64,000 nt of DNA from Nemertoderma westbladi (Eukaryota; Animalia; Xenacoelomorpha), in the NCBI GenBank assembly GCA_032718475.1, contig JAUCBJ010001825.1, positions 1 through 64,000 of the forward strand, given 5' to 3'. Position 1 is the first letter of the stretch. Each line of letters opens with the position of its first letter. The notes under the pieces were generated by a model that worked only from the letters and a program-made list of their open reading frames with translations, was not told the origin of the DNA and made no database searches. Both the position numbers and the translations under genes were made by a program. Of the stretch, positions 1 to 14,400 are shown piece after piece.

Positions 1-2440
1 GTAATGGTACGTATATGGGCTTCTTAACTACTGGTCATTCTATCAATTTACACAATACGGACTATGTCGACTATATATCCTGCCCAGCGGAGTCGGAACC
101 ATAAACTGAAATTCGAATGCGAAAATTCTATTCGAAATCGGCTCGAAAGAAAAGACATTAAAGAAACAAATAAACGCGGTAACTCCAACATATATTGGTA
201 ATTCTTGATAGAAGCATTGTAACAACAAATAAATATAATCCGCGTTACCCCTACCAGATGTGCGTCTTTGGTATTATTACGATAAATGCCCTAGATCCAG
301 CCAATAAACGGAAAGACATAAACATCCACGGAAACGTTGTGTTAAACACAGTTGTGCTCGTTATATTTACTGGAGTTTCGAGCGAAACTTGTTTGACGTA
401 CCACCTATGCTCACTCGGCTCGAACGATCCTGGAGTAAACCTACGATCAGAGTCCCGGAATACTCGATCAAACCTCCTCATTCCTTAGTTGGACCTCAGA
501 CCTGCGATCCTGGTGGTGTCGCGGATCCTCGTGGACTGTATTCACTGTTCAAAGATCTAGTGCTACCCTAACAATTAATCGGTAACACTCCGACAGTGAT
601 TTCTAGCTAGCAGCCCATCTTACCTAGCCGGATTGTGATGCGGACACCTAATATCACTATCCTACCGTATGGTCGTCCCCGTTTAACGCGATACAACCCT
701 TCATCAAGGTGAAGGAGAGTTTTGTACGAAACGAGTTAAACGTGATTCTATAAAGATCAAAAGGGAAACCTGCGTTTGTTCAGATAAACGTAAGTTATAA
801 CAGTAAGTCCAATCGATAAACGAATTGGCCTTATCTCGGTTCGATTGGGAAATCTCGAATCTCTAAGAAGATATCAAGCTTAGAAAACCATATTCTCTGC
901 GAGAGTTTTGGACGAACATATCCCATGACAAGCGGAGGAAAATCAGCTCGAGGAGAAGCATATCGAAATGGACGAGACACCGACAGTAAACCCAAACCTT
1001 CTAATGCAATCATATTGCACCCTTCACCCAGGAGTTATGGCCCTCCTAGTAAAGTGGTTCCCCCCAAAGAGAAAAGGACTCTTGCTAGCTTTAAAAAACT
1101 GCGTAAACGCCGTCCGCGCAAGAAAGACTAACTGTTTAGAGTATCTTTAGGTTTTAGAAACTGTGATTTTTATATTTTATAGACTGAAAATCCCATTTTC
1201 TGGGAGCGGTGTAAAAGCCTTTGCTGAATTGCCCCGTTATTTTTATTATCTTTTACATTAAAATACTCTGTAGTTGATTTAATAAGTGTAAGAGACCGTA
1301 TTATTGCTGTATCAGTGTTTTTAGAGGATCTAAGACCTATTTCCTCCGTATGTGTACTGTGAAAGGCATATTTTATGATTCTATGGCAATTCGTGACGCA
1401 AAGGGGTGATAGCTACTCTTGAACAGTAGTTACTATGACTACGGTTAACAGCTGACATTCATACGTGTTGATTTCCTTTGTTCTACGGCGTCTCTCAGTT
1501 CAGTCAGCCAATTAGAGCGTTTTCGTGGCTCCTTGTACAGAAAATTTCCGAGAAATGACGCAATGCCTATGTGCAGTGTTTACATTCAGTCCTGAGCCAA
1601 GGAAAGAACGGCTTGGAAGTATTTTGTGCTTTACTGTTTTAGCCGTACACTAGTAGGCTTAATCATAAGGACATATATCCGTTATCTTGACTAACCTAAC
1701 TCAATGCAATCAATGCATACTGCAGTACTGCATACACTGTATACTGTGTAACACTGTGCATACTTTATATTGTTATACTGCTATTTGCTGTCTGTACTTC
1801 ATAATTTGGTTGATGAATTATTATATTTGGAATAACGATAAATAACCCCGAAAACCCAATATTCTTGATATACTGAAGGTAAGAGAGAAAGGTTATACAT
1901 AACGATTGTGACTTATGTTAAAGTGGTTTGAAGTGAATCTAATGTTATTTGATAGACCCTACATGAGTCAGTCCGTGTTCCTTTTATATGTAACTAAAAT
2001 CAGTGAAGATCGGCAGATCAGTGTGCAGTATTGTGCAGCATTGTGTGCGAGTGATACTGATAACGAAGCATTTCCTAAAGAATGCGCCATATATGTGAAT
2101 TATAATTAAGCCATATCGTTGTGAGTAGTTTAAGTCATAACTCTGTTTATATAAATAAAGCGCCACGTCCTAAAGGAACTGTTGATATTCCCGAAGGTGA
2201 ATAATATTGTCAGAGATTATATAATACTGTCAGTCGAATAATACATTAAGCTTACATAGCAATAAAATTAAGCCGTCGAACCCAATCTCCCGGGAATTAT
2301 CCAGTGGGTGAATGATCGCGCACAGATTGGTTTCGACTAGTGTAGTGAATCAAATATTTGTCATCGGCTAAAGTGATTTATTATCTAACAGACATCCTAA
2401 TTTGGCGGGTTAAACTGCCAAAGGTCTGAAAGCGCGAACA
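1..2440 (+). mobile_element. 3' part of an LTR retrotransposon (degenerate internal tail, purine tract and 3' LTR); the 5' part lies outside the window
   Basis: Purine-rich GGGAGCGG (1202-1209) directly precedes TGTAAAAGC at 1210. The segment ends ...GCGCGAACA at 2440. Both termini are shared with the TSD-flanked solo LTR at 31522-32685. Region 1-1209 has only short, stop-interrupted ORFs I cannot assign. Confidence 0.7.
1210..2440 (+). repeat. LTR (~1.23 kb, TG...CA)
   Basis: TGT start and ACA end. About 1595-2440 is the reverse complement of about 31522-32335; the ORF pairs 1915..2109/31853..32047 and 1984..2166/31796..31978 are near identical. AATAAA at about 2153. Confidence 0.8.
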
Positions 2441-5400
2441 CCGCCCTCCCTTCCGTGTTTATATAATTTAAGTTTCTTACAGGTTTTTCTGCCCTCCCTT
2501 CTGTATTTATATAATTTATGTTTCTTACAGGTTTTTCCACCCTCCCTTCCGTGTTTATATAATTTATGTTTCTTACCGGTTTTTCCGCCCTCCCTTCCGT
2601 GTTTATATACTTTATGTTTCTTACAGGTTTTTCCGCCCTCCCTTCTGTGTTTATATAATTTCTGTTTCTTACAGGTTTTTCCGCCCTCCCTTCTGTGTTT
2701 ATATAATTTCTGTTTCTTACAGGTTTTTCCGCCCTCCCTTCTGTGTTTATATAATTTCTGTTTCTTACAGGTTTTTCCGCCCTCCCTTCTGTGTTTATAT
2801 AATTTATGTTTCTTACAGGTTTTTCCGCCCTCCCTTCTGTGTTTATATAATTTCTGTTTCTTACAGGTTTTTCCGCCCTCCCTTCCGTGTTTATATAATT
2901 TATGTTTCTTACAGGTTTTTCCGCCCTCCCTTCCGTGTTTATATAATTTAAGTTTCTTACAGGTTTTTCTGCCATCCCTTCTGTATTTATATAATTTATG
3001 TTTCTTACAGGTTTTTCCACCCTCCCTTCCGTGTTTATATAATTTATGTTTCTTACCGGTTTTTCCGCCCTCCCTTCCGTGTTTATATACTTTATGTTTC
3101 TTACAGGTTTTTCCGCCCGCCCTTCCGTGTTTATATAATTTAAGTTTCTTACAGGTTTTTCCGCCCTCCCTTCTGTATATAATTTATGTTTCTTACAGGT
3201 TTTTCCGCCCTCCTTTCTGTATTTATATAATTTATGTTTCTTGCCGGTTTTTCCGCCCTCCCTTCTGTGTTTATATAATTTCTGTTTCTTACAGGTTTTT
3301 CCGCCCTCCCTCCTGTGTTTATACTGTATAATTGATGTTTCTTACCGGTTTTTCCGCCCTCCCTTCCGTGTTTATATACTTTATGTTTCTTACAGGTTTT
3401 TCCGCCCTCCTTTCTGTATTTATATAATTTATGTTTCTTGCCGGTTTTTCCGCCCTCCCTTCTGTGTTTATATAATTTCTGTTTCTTACAGGTTTTTCCG
3501 CCCTCCCTCCTGTGTTTATACTGTATAATTGATGTTTCTTACCGGTTTTTCCGCCCTCCCTTCTGTATTTATATTTATGTTTCTTACCGGTTTTTCCGCC
3601 CTCCCTTCTGTGTTTATATAATTTATGTTTCTTACAGGTTTTTCCGCCCTCCCTTCTGTGTTTATATTATTTCTGTTTCTTACAGGTTTTTCCGCCCTCC
3701 CTCCTGTGTTTATACTGTATAATTGATGTTTCTTACCGGTTTTTCCGCCCTCCCTTCTGTATTTATATTTATGTTTCTTACCGGTTTTTCCGCCCTCCCT
3801 TCTGTGTTTATATAATTTATGTTTCTTACAGGTTTTTCCGCCCTCCTTTCCGTGTTTATATAATTTAAGTTTCTTACAGGTTTTTCTGCCCTCCCTTCCG
3901 TGTTTATATAATTTATGTTTCTTACAGGTTTTTCCGCCCTCCCTTCCGTGTTTATATACTTGTTGTTTCTTACAGGTTTTTCCGCCCTCCCTTCCGTGTT
4001 TATATACTTGATGTTTCTTACAGGTTTTTCCGCCCGCCCTTCCGTGTTTATATAATTTAAGTTTCTTACAGGTTTTTCCGCCCTCCCTTCTGTACCGTAT
4101 ATAATTTATGTTTCTTACCGGTTTTTCCGCCCTCCCTTCCGTATTTATATAATTTATGTTTCTTACAGGTTTTTCCGCCCTCCCTTCCGTGTTTATATAC
4201 TTGATGTTTCTTACAGGTTTTTCCGCCCGCCCTTCCGTGTTTATATAATTTTAGTTTCTTACAGGTTTTTCCGCCCTCCCTTCTGTATATAATTTATGTT
4301 TCTTACCGGTTTTTCCGCCCTCCCTTCCGTGTTTATATAATTTATGTTTCTTACAGGTTTTTCCGCCCTCCCTTCCGTGTTTATATAATTTAAGTTTCTT
4401 ACAGGTTTTTCCGCCCGCCCTTCTGTATATAATTTATGTTTCTTACAGGTTTTTCCGCCCTCCCTTCTGTGTTTATATACTTTATGTTTCTTAAAGGTTT
4501 TTCCGCCCTCCCTTCTGTGTTTATATAATTTATGTTTCTTACAGGTTTTTCCACCCCCCCCCTTCCGTGTTTATATAATTTAAGTTTCTTACAGGTTTTT
4601 CTGCCCTCCCTTCTGTATTTATATAATTTATGTTTCTTACAGTTTTTTCCGCCCTCCCTTCTGTGTTTATATACTTTATGTTTCTTACAGGTTTTTCCGC
4701 CCGCCCTTCCGTGTTTATATAATTTATGTTTCTTACAGGTTTTTCCACCCTCCCTTCCGTGTTTATATACTTTATGTTTCTTACAGGTTTTTCTGCCCTC
4801 CCTTCTGTATTTATATAATTTATGTTTCTTACAGGTTGTTCCACCCTCCCTTCCGTGTTTATATATTTATGTTTCTTACAGGTTTTTCTGCCCTCCCTTC
4901 TGTATTTATATAATTTATGTTTCTTACAGGTTTTTCCACCCCCCCTTCCGTGTTTATATACTTTATGTTTCTTACAGGTTTTTCTGCCCTCCCTTCTGTA
5001 TTTATATAATTTATGTTTCTTACAGGTTTTTCCACCCTCCCTTCCGTGTTTATATACTTTATGTTTCTTACAGGTTTTTCTGCCCTCCCTTCTGTATTTA
5101 TATAATTTATGTTTCTTACAGGTTTTTCCACCCCCCCTTCCGTGTTTATATACTTTATGTTTCTTACAGGTTTTTCTGCCCTCCCTTCTGTATTTATATA
5201 ATTTATGTTTCTTACAGGTTTTTCCACCCTCCCTTCCGTGTTTATATACTTTATGTTTCTTACAGGTTTTTCTGCCCTCCCTTCTGTATTTATATAATTT
5301 ATGTTTCTTACAGGTTTTTCCACCCTCCCTTCTGTATTTATATAATTTATGTTTCTTACAGGTTTTTCCGCCCTCCCTTCCGTGTTTATATACTTTATGT

Positions 5401-8400
5401 TTCTTACAGGTTTTTCTGCCTTCCCTTCTGTATTTATATAATTTATGTTTCTTACAGGTTTTTCTGCCCTCCCTTCCGTATTTATATAATTTATGTTTCT
5501 TACAGTTTTTTCCGCCCTCCCTTCTGTATTTATATAATTTATGTTTCTTACAGGTTTTTCCACCCTCCCTTCCGTGTTTATATACTTTATGTTTCTTACA
5601 GGTTTTTCTGCCCTCCCTTCTGTATTTATATAATTTATGTTTCTTACAGGTTTTTCCACCCTCCCTTCCGTGTTTATATAATTTATGTTTCTTACAGGTT
5701 TTTCTGCCCTCCCTTCTGTATTTATATAATTTATGTTTCTTACAGGTTTTTCCACCCTCCCTTCCGTGTTTATATACTTTATGTTTCTTACAGGTTTTTC
5801 TGCCCTCCCTTCTGTATTTATATAATTTATGTTTCTTACAGGTTTTTCCACCCCCCCTTCCGTGTTTATATACTTTATGTTTCTTACAGGTTTTTCTGCC
5901 CTCCCTTCTGTATTTATATAATTTATGTTTCTTACAGGTTTTTCCACCCTCCCTTCCGTGTTTATATACTTTATGTTTCTTACAGGTTTTTCTGCCCTCC
6001 CTTCTGTATTTATATAATTTATGTTTCTTACAGGTTGTTCCACCCTCCCTTCCGTGTTTATATAATTTATGTTTCTTACAGGTTTTTCCGCCCTCCCTTC
6101 TGTATTTATATAATTTATGTTTCTTACAGGTTTTTCCGCCCTCCCTTCCGTGTTTATATACTTTATGTTTCTTACAGGTTTTTCTGCCCTCCCTTCTGTA
6201 TTTATATAATTTATGTTTCTTACAGGTTGTTCCACCCTCCCTTCCGTGTTTATATAATTTATGTTTCTTACAGGTTTTTCCGCCCTCCCTTCTGTATTTA
6301 TATAATTTATGTTTCTTACAGGTTTTTCCGCCCTCCCTTCCGTGTTTATATACTTTATGTTTCTTACAGGTTGTTCCACCCTCCCTTCCGTGTTTATATA
6401 ATTTATGTTTCTTACAGGTTTTTCCGCCCTCCCTTCTGTATTTATATAATTTATGTTTCTTACAGGTTTTTCCGCCCTCCCTTCCGTGTTTATATACTTT
6501 ATGTTTCTTACAGGTTGTTCCACCCTCCCTTCCGTGTTTATATAATTTATGTTTCTTACAGGTTTTTCCGCCCTCCCTTCTGTATTTATATAATTTATGT
6601 TTCTTAAAGGTTTTTCCGCCCTCCCTTCTGTATTTATATAATTTATGATTCTTACAGGTTTTTCCGCCCTCCCTTCCGTGTTTATATAATTTATGTTTCT
6701 TACAGGTTTTTCCGCCCTCCCTTCCGTGTTTATATAATTTATGTTTCTTACCGGTTTTTCCGCCCTCCCCTCTGTATTTATATAATTTATGTTTCTTACA
6801 GGTTTTTCCGCCCTCCCTTCCGTGTTTATATACTTTATGTTTCTTACAGGTTTTTCTGCCCTCCCTTCTGTATTTATATAATTTATGTTTCTTACAGGTT
6901 TTTCTGCCCTCCCTTCCGTATTTATATAATTTATGTTTCTTACAGTTTTTTCCGCCCTCCCTTCTGTATTTATATAATTTATGTTTCTTACAGGTTTTTC
7001 CACCATCCCTTCCGTGTTTATATACTTTATGTTTCTTACAGGTTTTTCTGCCCTCCCTTCTGTATTTATATAATTTATGTTTCTTACAGGTTTTTCCACC
7101 ATCCCTTCCGTGTTTATATACTTTATGTTTCTTACAGGTTTTTCCGCCCTCCCTTCTGTATTTATATAATTTATGTTTCTTACAGGTTTTTCCACCATCC
7201 CTTCCGTGTTTATATACTTTATGTTTCTTACAGGTTTTTCTGCCCTCCCTTCTGTATTTATATAATTTATGTTTCTTACAGGTTTTTCCACCCTCCCTTC
7301 CGTGTTTATATAATTTATGTTTCTTACAGGTTTTTCCACCCTCCCTTCCGTGTTTATATACTTTATGTTTCTTACAGGTTTTTCTGCCCTCCCTTCTGTA
7401 TTTATATAATTTATGTTTCTTACAGGTTTTTCCACCCTCCCTTCCGTGTTTATATAATTTATGTTTCTTACAGGTTTTTCTGCCCTCCCTTCTGTATTTA
7501 TATAATTTATGTTTCTTACAGGTTTTTCCACCCTCCCTTCCGTGTTTATATAATTTATGTTTCTTACAGGTTTTTCCGCCCTCCCTTCTGTATTTATATA
7601 ATTTATGTTTCTTACAGGTTTTTCCACCCTCCATTCCGTGTTTATATAATTTATGTTTCTTACAGATTTTTCCACCCTCCCTTCTGTGTTTATATACTTT
7701 ATGTTTCTTACAGGTTTTTCCACCCTCCCTTCTGTGTTTATATACTTTATGTTTTTACAGGTTTTTCCGCCCTCCCTTCTGTGTTTATATACTTTATGTT
7801 TCTTACAGGTTTTTCCGCCCTCCCTTCTGTGTTTATATACTTTATGTTTTACAGGTTTTTCCGCCCTCCCTTCTGTGTTTATATACTTTATGTTTCTTAC
7901 AGGTTTTTCCACCCTCCCTTCTGTGTTTATATACTTTATGTTTTTACAGGTTTTTCCGCCCTCCCTTCTGTGTTTATATACTTTATGTTTCTTACAGGTT
8001 TTTCCGCCCTCCCTTCTGTGTTTATATACTTTATGTTTCTTGCAGGTTTTTCCACCCTCCCTTTCGTGTTTATATACTTTGTTTCTTACAGGTTTTTCCG
8101 CCCTCCCTTCTGTATTTATATAATTTATGTTTCTTACAGGTTTTTCCGCCCTCCCTTCCGTGTTTATATAATTTATGTTTCTTACCGGTTTTTCCGCCCT
8201 CCCTTCTGTATATAATTTATGTTTCTTACAGGTTTTTCCGCCCTCCCTTCTGTATATAATTTATGTTTCTTACAGGTTTTTCCACCCTCCCTTCTGTGTT
8301 TATATAATTTAAGTTTCTTACAAGTTTTTCTGCCCTCCCTTCCGTATTTATATAATTTATGTTTCTTATCGGTTTTTCCGCCCTCCCTTCCGTGTTTATA

Positions 8401-11400
8401 TAATTTATGTTTCTTACAGGTTTTTCCGTCCTCCCTTCCGTGTTTATATAATTTATGTTTCTTACAGGTTTTTCCGCCCTCCCTTCTGTGTTTATATAAT
8501 TTATGTTTCTTACAGGTTTTTCCGCCCTCCCTTCCGTGTTTATATAATTTATGTTTCTTACAGATTTTTCCGCCCTCCCTTCTGTGTTTATATAATTTAT
8601 GTTTCTTACAGGTTTTTCCGCCCTCCCTTCCGTGTTTATATAATTTATGTTTCTTACAGGTTTTTCCGCCCTCCCTTCTGTGTTATATAATTTATGTTTC
8701 TTACAGGTTTTTCCGCCCTCCCTTCTGTGTTATATAATTTATGTTTCTTACAGGTTTTTCCGCCCGCCCTTCCGTGTTTATATAATTTATGTTTCTTACC
8801 GGTTTTTCTGCCCTCCCTTCTATATTTATATAATTTATGTTTCTTACAGGGTTTTCCGCCTTCCCTTCCGTGTTTATATAATTTATGTTTCTTACAGGTT
8901 TTTCCGCCCTCCCTTCTGTGTTTATATAATTTATGTTTCTTACAGGTTTTTCCGCCCTCCCTTCCGTGTTTATATACTTTATGTTTCTTACAGGTTTTTC
9001 CGCCCGCCCTTCCGTGTTTATATAATTTATGTTTCTTACCGGTTTTTCTGCCCTTCCTTCTATATTTATATAATTTATGTTTCTTACAGGTTTTTCCGCC
9101 CTCCCTTCCGTGTTTATATAATTTATGTTTCTTACAGGTTTTTCCGCCCTCCCTTCTGTGTTTATATAATTTATGTTTCTTACAGGTTTTTCCGCCCTCC
9201 CTTCCGTGTTTATATAATTTATGTTTCTTACAGGTTTTTCCGCCCTCCCTTCTGTGTTATATAATTTATGTTTCTTACAGGTTTTTCCGCCCGCCCTTCC
9301 GTGTTTATATAATTTATGTTTCTTACCGGTTTTTCTGCCCTCCCTTCTATATTTATATAATTTATGTTTCTTACAGGTTTTTCCGCCATCCCTTCCGTGT
9401 TTATATAATTTATGTTTCTTACAGGTTTTTCCGCCCTCCCTTCTGTGTTTATATAATTTATGTTTCTTACAGGTTTTTCCGCCCTCCCTTCCGTGTTTAT
9501 ATAATTTATGTTTCTTACAGGTTTTTCCGCCCTCCCTTCTGTGTTTATATAATTTATGTTTCTTACAGGTTTTTCCGCCCTCCCTTCCGTGTTTATATAA
9601 TTTATGTTTCTTACAGGTTTTTCCGCCCTCCCTTCCGTGTTTATATAATTTATGTTTCTTACAGGTTTTTCCGCCCTCCCTTCTGTGTTTATATAATTTA
9701 TGTTTCTTACAGGTTTTTCCGCCCTCCCTTCCGTGTTTATATAATTTATGTTTCTTACAGGTTTTTCCGCCCTCCCTTCTGTGTTATATAATTTATGTTT
9801 CTTACAGGTTTTTCCGCCCTCCCTTCTGTGTTATATAATTTATGTTTCTTACAGGTTTTTCCGCCCGCCCTTCCGTGTTTATATAATTTATGTTTCTTAC
9901 CGGTTTTTCTGCCCTCCCTTCTATATTTATATAATTTATGTTTCTTACAGGTTTTTCCGCCCTCCCTTCCGTGTTTATATAATTTATGTTTCTTACAGGT
10001 TTTTCCGCCCTCCCTTCTGTGTTTATATAATTTATGTTTCTTACAGGTTTTTCCGCCCTCCCTTCCGTGTTTATATACTTTATGTTTCTTACAGGTTTTT
10101 CCGCCCTCCCTTCCGTGTTTATATAATTTATGTTTCTTACCGGTTTTTCTGCCCTCCCTTCTATATTTATATAATTTATGTTTCTTACAGGTTTTTCCGC
10201 CCTCCCTTCCGTGTTTATATAATTTATGTTTCTTACAGGTTTTTCCGCCCTCCCTTCTGTGTTTATATAATTTATGTTTCTTACAGGTTTTTCCGCCCTC
10301 CCTTCCGTGTTTATATAATTTATGTTTCTTACAGGTTTTTCTGGCCTCCCTTCTATATTTATATAATTTATGTTTCTTACAGGTTTTTCCGCCCTCCCTT
10401 CTGTGTTTATATAATTTATGTTTCTTACAGGTTTTTCCGTCCTCCCTTCTGTGTTTATATAATTTATGTTTCTTACAGGTTTTTCCGCCCTCCCTTCCGT
10501 GTTTATATAATTTATGTTTCTTACAGGTTTTTCCGCCCTCCCTTCTGTGTTATATAATTTATGTTTCTTACAGGTTTTTCCGCCCGCCCTTCCGTGTTTA
10601 TATAATTTATGTTTCTTACCGGTTTTTCTGCCCTCCCTTCTATATTTATATAATTTATGTTTCTTACAGGTTTTTCCGCCCTCCCTTCCGTGTTTATATA
10701 ATTTATGTTTCTTACAGGTTTTTCCGCCCTCCCTTCTGTGTTTATATAATTTATGTTTCTTACAGGTTTTTCCGCCCTCCCTTCCGTGTTTATATACTTT
10801 ATGTTTCTTACAGGTTTTTCCGCCCGCCCTTCCGTGTTTATATAATTTATGTTTCTTACCGGTTTTTCTGCCCTCCCTTCTATATTTATATAATTTATGT
10901 TTCTTACAGGTTTTTCCGCCCTCCCTTCCGTGTTTATATAATTTATGTTTCTTACAGGTTTTTCCGCCCTCTCTTCCGTGTTTATATAATTTATGTTTCT
11001 TACAGGTTTTTCCGCCCTCCCTTCCGTGTTTATATAATTTAAGTTTCTTACAGGTTTTTCTGCCCTCCCTTCTGTATTTATATAATTTATGTTTCTTACA
11101 GGTTTTTCCACCCTCCCTTCCGTGTTTATATAATTTATGTTTCTTACCGGTTTTTCCGCCCTCCCTTCCGTGTTTATATACTTTATGTTTCTTACAGGTT
11201 TTTCCGCCCGCCCTTCCGTGTTTATATAATTTAAGTTTCTTACAGGTTTTTCCGCCCTCCCTTCTGTATATAATTTATGTTTCTTACAGGTTTTTCCGCC
11301 CTCCTTTCTGTATTTATATAATTTATGTTTCTTGCCGGTTTTTCCGCCCTCCCTTCTGTGTTTATATAATTTCTGTTTCTTACAGGTTTTTCCGCCCTCC

Positions 11401-14400
11401 CTCCTGTGTTTATACTGTATAATTGATGTTTCTTACCGGTTTTTCCGCCCTCCCTTCCGTGTTTATATACTTTATGTTTCTTACAGGTTTTTCCGCCCTC
11501 CTTTCTGTATTTATATAATTTATGTTTCTTGCCGGTTTTTCCGCCCTCCCTTCTGTGTTTATATAATTTCTGTTTCTTACAGGTTTTTCCGCCCTCCCTC
11601 CTGTGTTTATACTGTATAATTGATGTTTCTTACCGGTTTTTCCGCCCTCCCTTCTGTATTTATATTTATGTTTCTTACCGGTTTTTCCGCCCTCCCTTCT
11701 GTGTTTATATAATTTATGTTTCTTACAGGTTTTTCCGCCCTCCCTTCTGTGTTTATATAATTTCTGTTTCTTACAGGTTTTTCCGCCCTCCCTCCTGTGT
11801 TTATACTGTATAATTGATGTTTCTTACCGGTTTTTCCGCCCTCCCTTCTGTATTTATATTTATGTTTCTTACCGGTTTTTCCGCCCTCCCTTCTGTGTTT
11901 ATATAATTTATGTTTCTTACAGGTTTTTCCGCCCTCCTTTCCGTGTTTATATAATTTAAGTTTCTTACAGGTTTTTCTGCCCTCCCTTCCGTGTTTATAT
12001 AATTTATGTTTCTTACAGGTTTTTCCGCCCTCCCTTCCGTGTTTATATACTTGTTGTTTCTTACAGGTTTTTCCGCCCTCCCTTCCGTGTTTATATACTT
12101 GATGTTTCTTACAGGTTTTTCCGCCCGCCCTTCCGTGTTTATATAATTTAAGTTTCTTACAGGTTTTTCCGCCCTCCCTTCTGTACCGTATATAATTTAT
12201 GTTTCTTACCGGTTTTTCCGCCCTCCCTTCCGTATTTATATAATTTATGTTTCTTGCAGGTTTTTCCACCCTCCCTTTCGTGTTTATATACTTTGTTTCT
12301 TACAGGTTTTTCCGCCCTCCCTTCTGTATTTATATAATTTATGTTTCTTACAGGTTTTTCCGCCCTCCCTTCCGTGTTTATATAATTTATGTTTCTTACC
12401 GGTTTTTCCGCCCTCCCTTCTGTATATAATTTATGTTTCTTACAGGTTTTTCCGCCCTCCCTTCTGTATATAATTTATGTTTCTTACAGGTTTTTCCACC
12501 CTCCCTTCTGTGTTTATATAATTTAAGTTTCTTACAAGTTTTTCTGCCCTCCCTTCCGTATTTATATAATTTATGTTTCTTATCGGTTTTTCCGCCCTCC
12601 CTTCCGTGTTTATATAATTTATGTTTCTTACAGGTTTTTCCGTCCTCCCTTCCGTGTTTATATAATTTATGTTTCTTACAGGTTTTTCCGCCCTCCCTTC
12701 TGTGTTTATATAATTTATGTTTCTTACAGGTTTTTCCGCCCTCCCTTCCGTGTTTATATAATTTATGTTTCTTACAGATTTTTCCGCCCTCCCTTCTGTG
12801 TTTATATAATTTATGTTTCTTACAGGTTTTTCCGCCCTCCCTTCCGTGTTTATATAATTTATGTTTCTTACAGGTTTTTCCGCCCTCCCTTCTGTGTTAT
12901 ATAATTTATGTTTCTTACAGGTTTTTCCGCCCTCCCTTCTGTGTTATATAATTTATGTTTCTTACAGGTTTTTCCGCCCGCCCTTCCGTGTTTATATAAT
13001 TTATGTTTCTTACCGGTTTTTCTGCCCTCCCTTCTATATTTATATAATTTATGTTTCTTACAGGGTTTTCCGCCTTCCCTTCCGTGTTTATATAATTTAT
13101 GTTTCTTACAGGTTTTTCCGCCCTCCCTTCTGTGTTTATATAATTTATGTTTCTTACAGGTTTTTCCGCCCTCCCTTCCGTGTTTATATACTTTATGTTT
13201 CTTACAGGTTTTTCCGCCCGCCCTTCCGTGTTTATATAATTTATGTTTCTTACCGGTTTTTCTGCCCTTCCTTCTATATTTATATAATTTATGTTTCTTA
13301 CAGGTTTTTCCGCCCTCCCTTCCGTGTTTATATAATTTATGTTTCTTACAGGTTTTTCCGCCCTCCCTTCTGTGTTTATATAATTTATGTTTCTTACAGG
13401 TTTTTCCGCCCTCCCTTCCGTGTTTATATAATTTATGTTTCTTACAGGTTTTTCCGCCCTCCCTTCTGTGTTATATAATTTATGTTTCTTACAGGTTTTT
13501 CCGCCCGCCCTTCCGTGTTTATATAATTTATGTTTCTTACCGGTTTTTCTGCCCTCCCTTCTATATTTATATAATTTATGTTTCTTACAGGTTTTTCCGC
13601 CATCCCTTCCGTGTTTATATAATTTATGTTTCTTACAGGTTTTTCCGCCCTCCCTTCTGTGTTTATATAATTTATGTTTCTTACAGGTTTTTCCGCCCTC
13701 CCTTCCGTGTTTATATAATTTATGTTTCTTACAGGTTTTTCCGCCCTCCCTTCTGTGTTTATATAATTTATGTTTCTTACAGGTTTTTCCGCCCTCCCTT
13801 CCGTGTTTATATAATTTATGTTTCTTACAGGTTTTTCCGCCCTCCCTTCCGTGTTTATATAATTTATGTTTCTTACAGGTTTTTCCGCCCTCCCTTCTGT
13901 GTTTATATAATTTATGTTTCTTACAGGTTTTTCCGCCCTCCCTTCCGTGTTTATATAATTTATGTTTCTTACAGGTTTTTCCGCCCTCCCTTCTGTGTTA
14001 TATAATTTATGTTTCTTACAGGTTTTTCCGCCCTCCCTTCTGTGTTATATAATTTATGTTTCTTACAGGTTTTTCCGCCCGCCCTTCCGTGTTTATATAA
14101 TTTATGTTTCTTACCGGTTTTTCTGCCCTCCCTTCTATATTTATATAATTTATGTTTCTTACAGGTTTTTCCGCCCTCCCTTCCGTGTTTATATAATTTA
14201 TGTTTCTTACAGGTTTTTCCGCCCTCCCTTCTGTGTTTATATAATTTATGTTTCTTACAGGTTTTTCCGCCCTCCCTTCCGTGTTTATATACTTTATGTT
14301 TCTTACAGGTTTTTCCGCCCTCCCTTCCGTGTTTATATAATTTATGTTTCTTACCGGTTTTTCTGCCCTCCCTTCTATATTTATATAATTTATGTTTCTT

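Noticed and set aside
43-1150. Short ORFs at the left edge as host genes or the missing GPCAT 5' exon
   Set aside because: They lie inside the inferred retrotransposon tail, are stop-interrupted, and show no GPCAT-like or other recognisable motif.
1915-2166. Small ORFs repeated at 31796-32047
   Set aside because: They are simply LTR sequence present twice; there is no coding signature.
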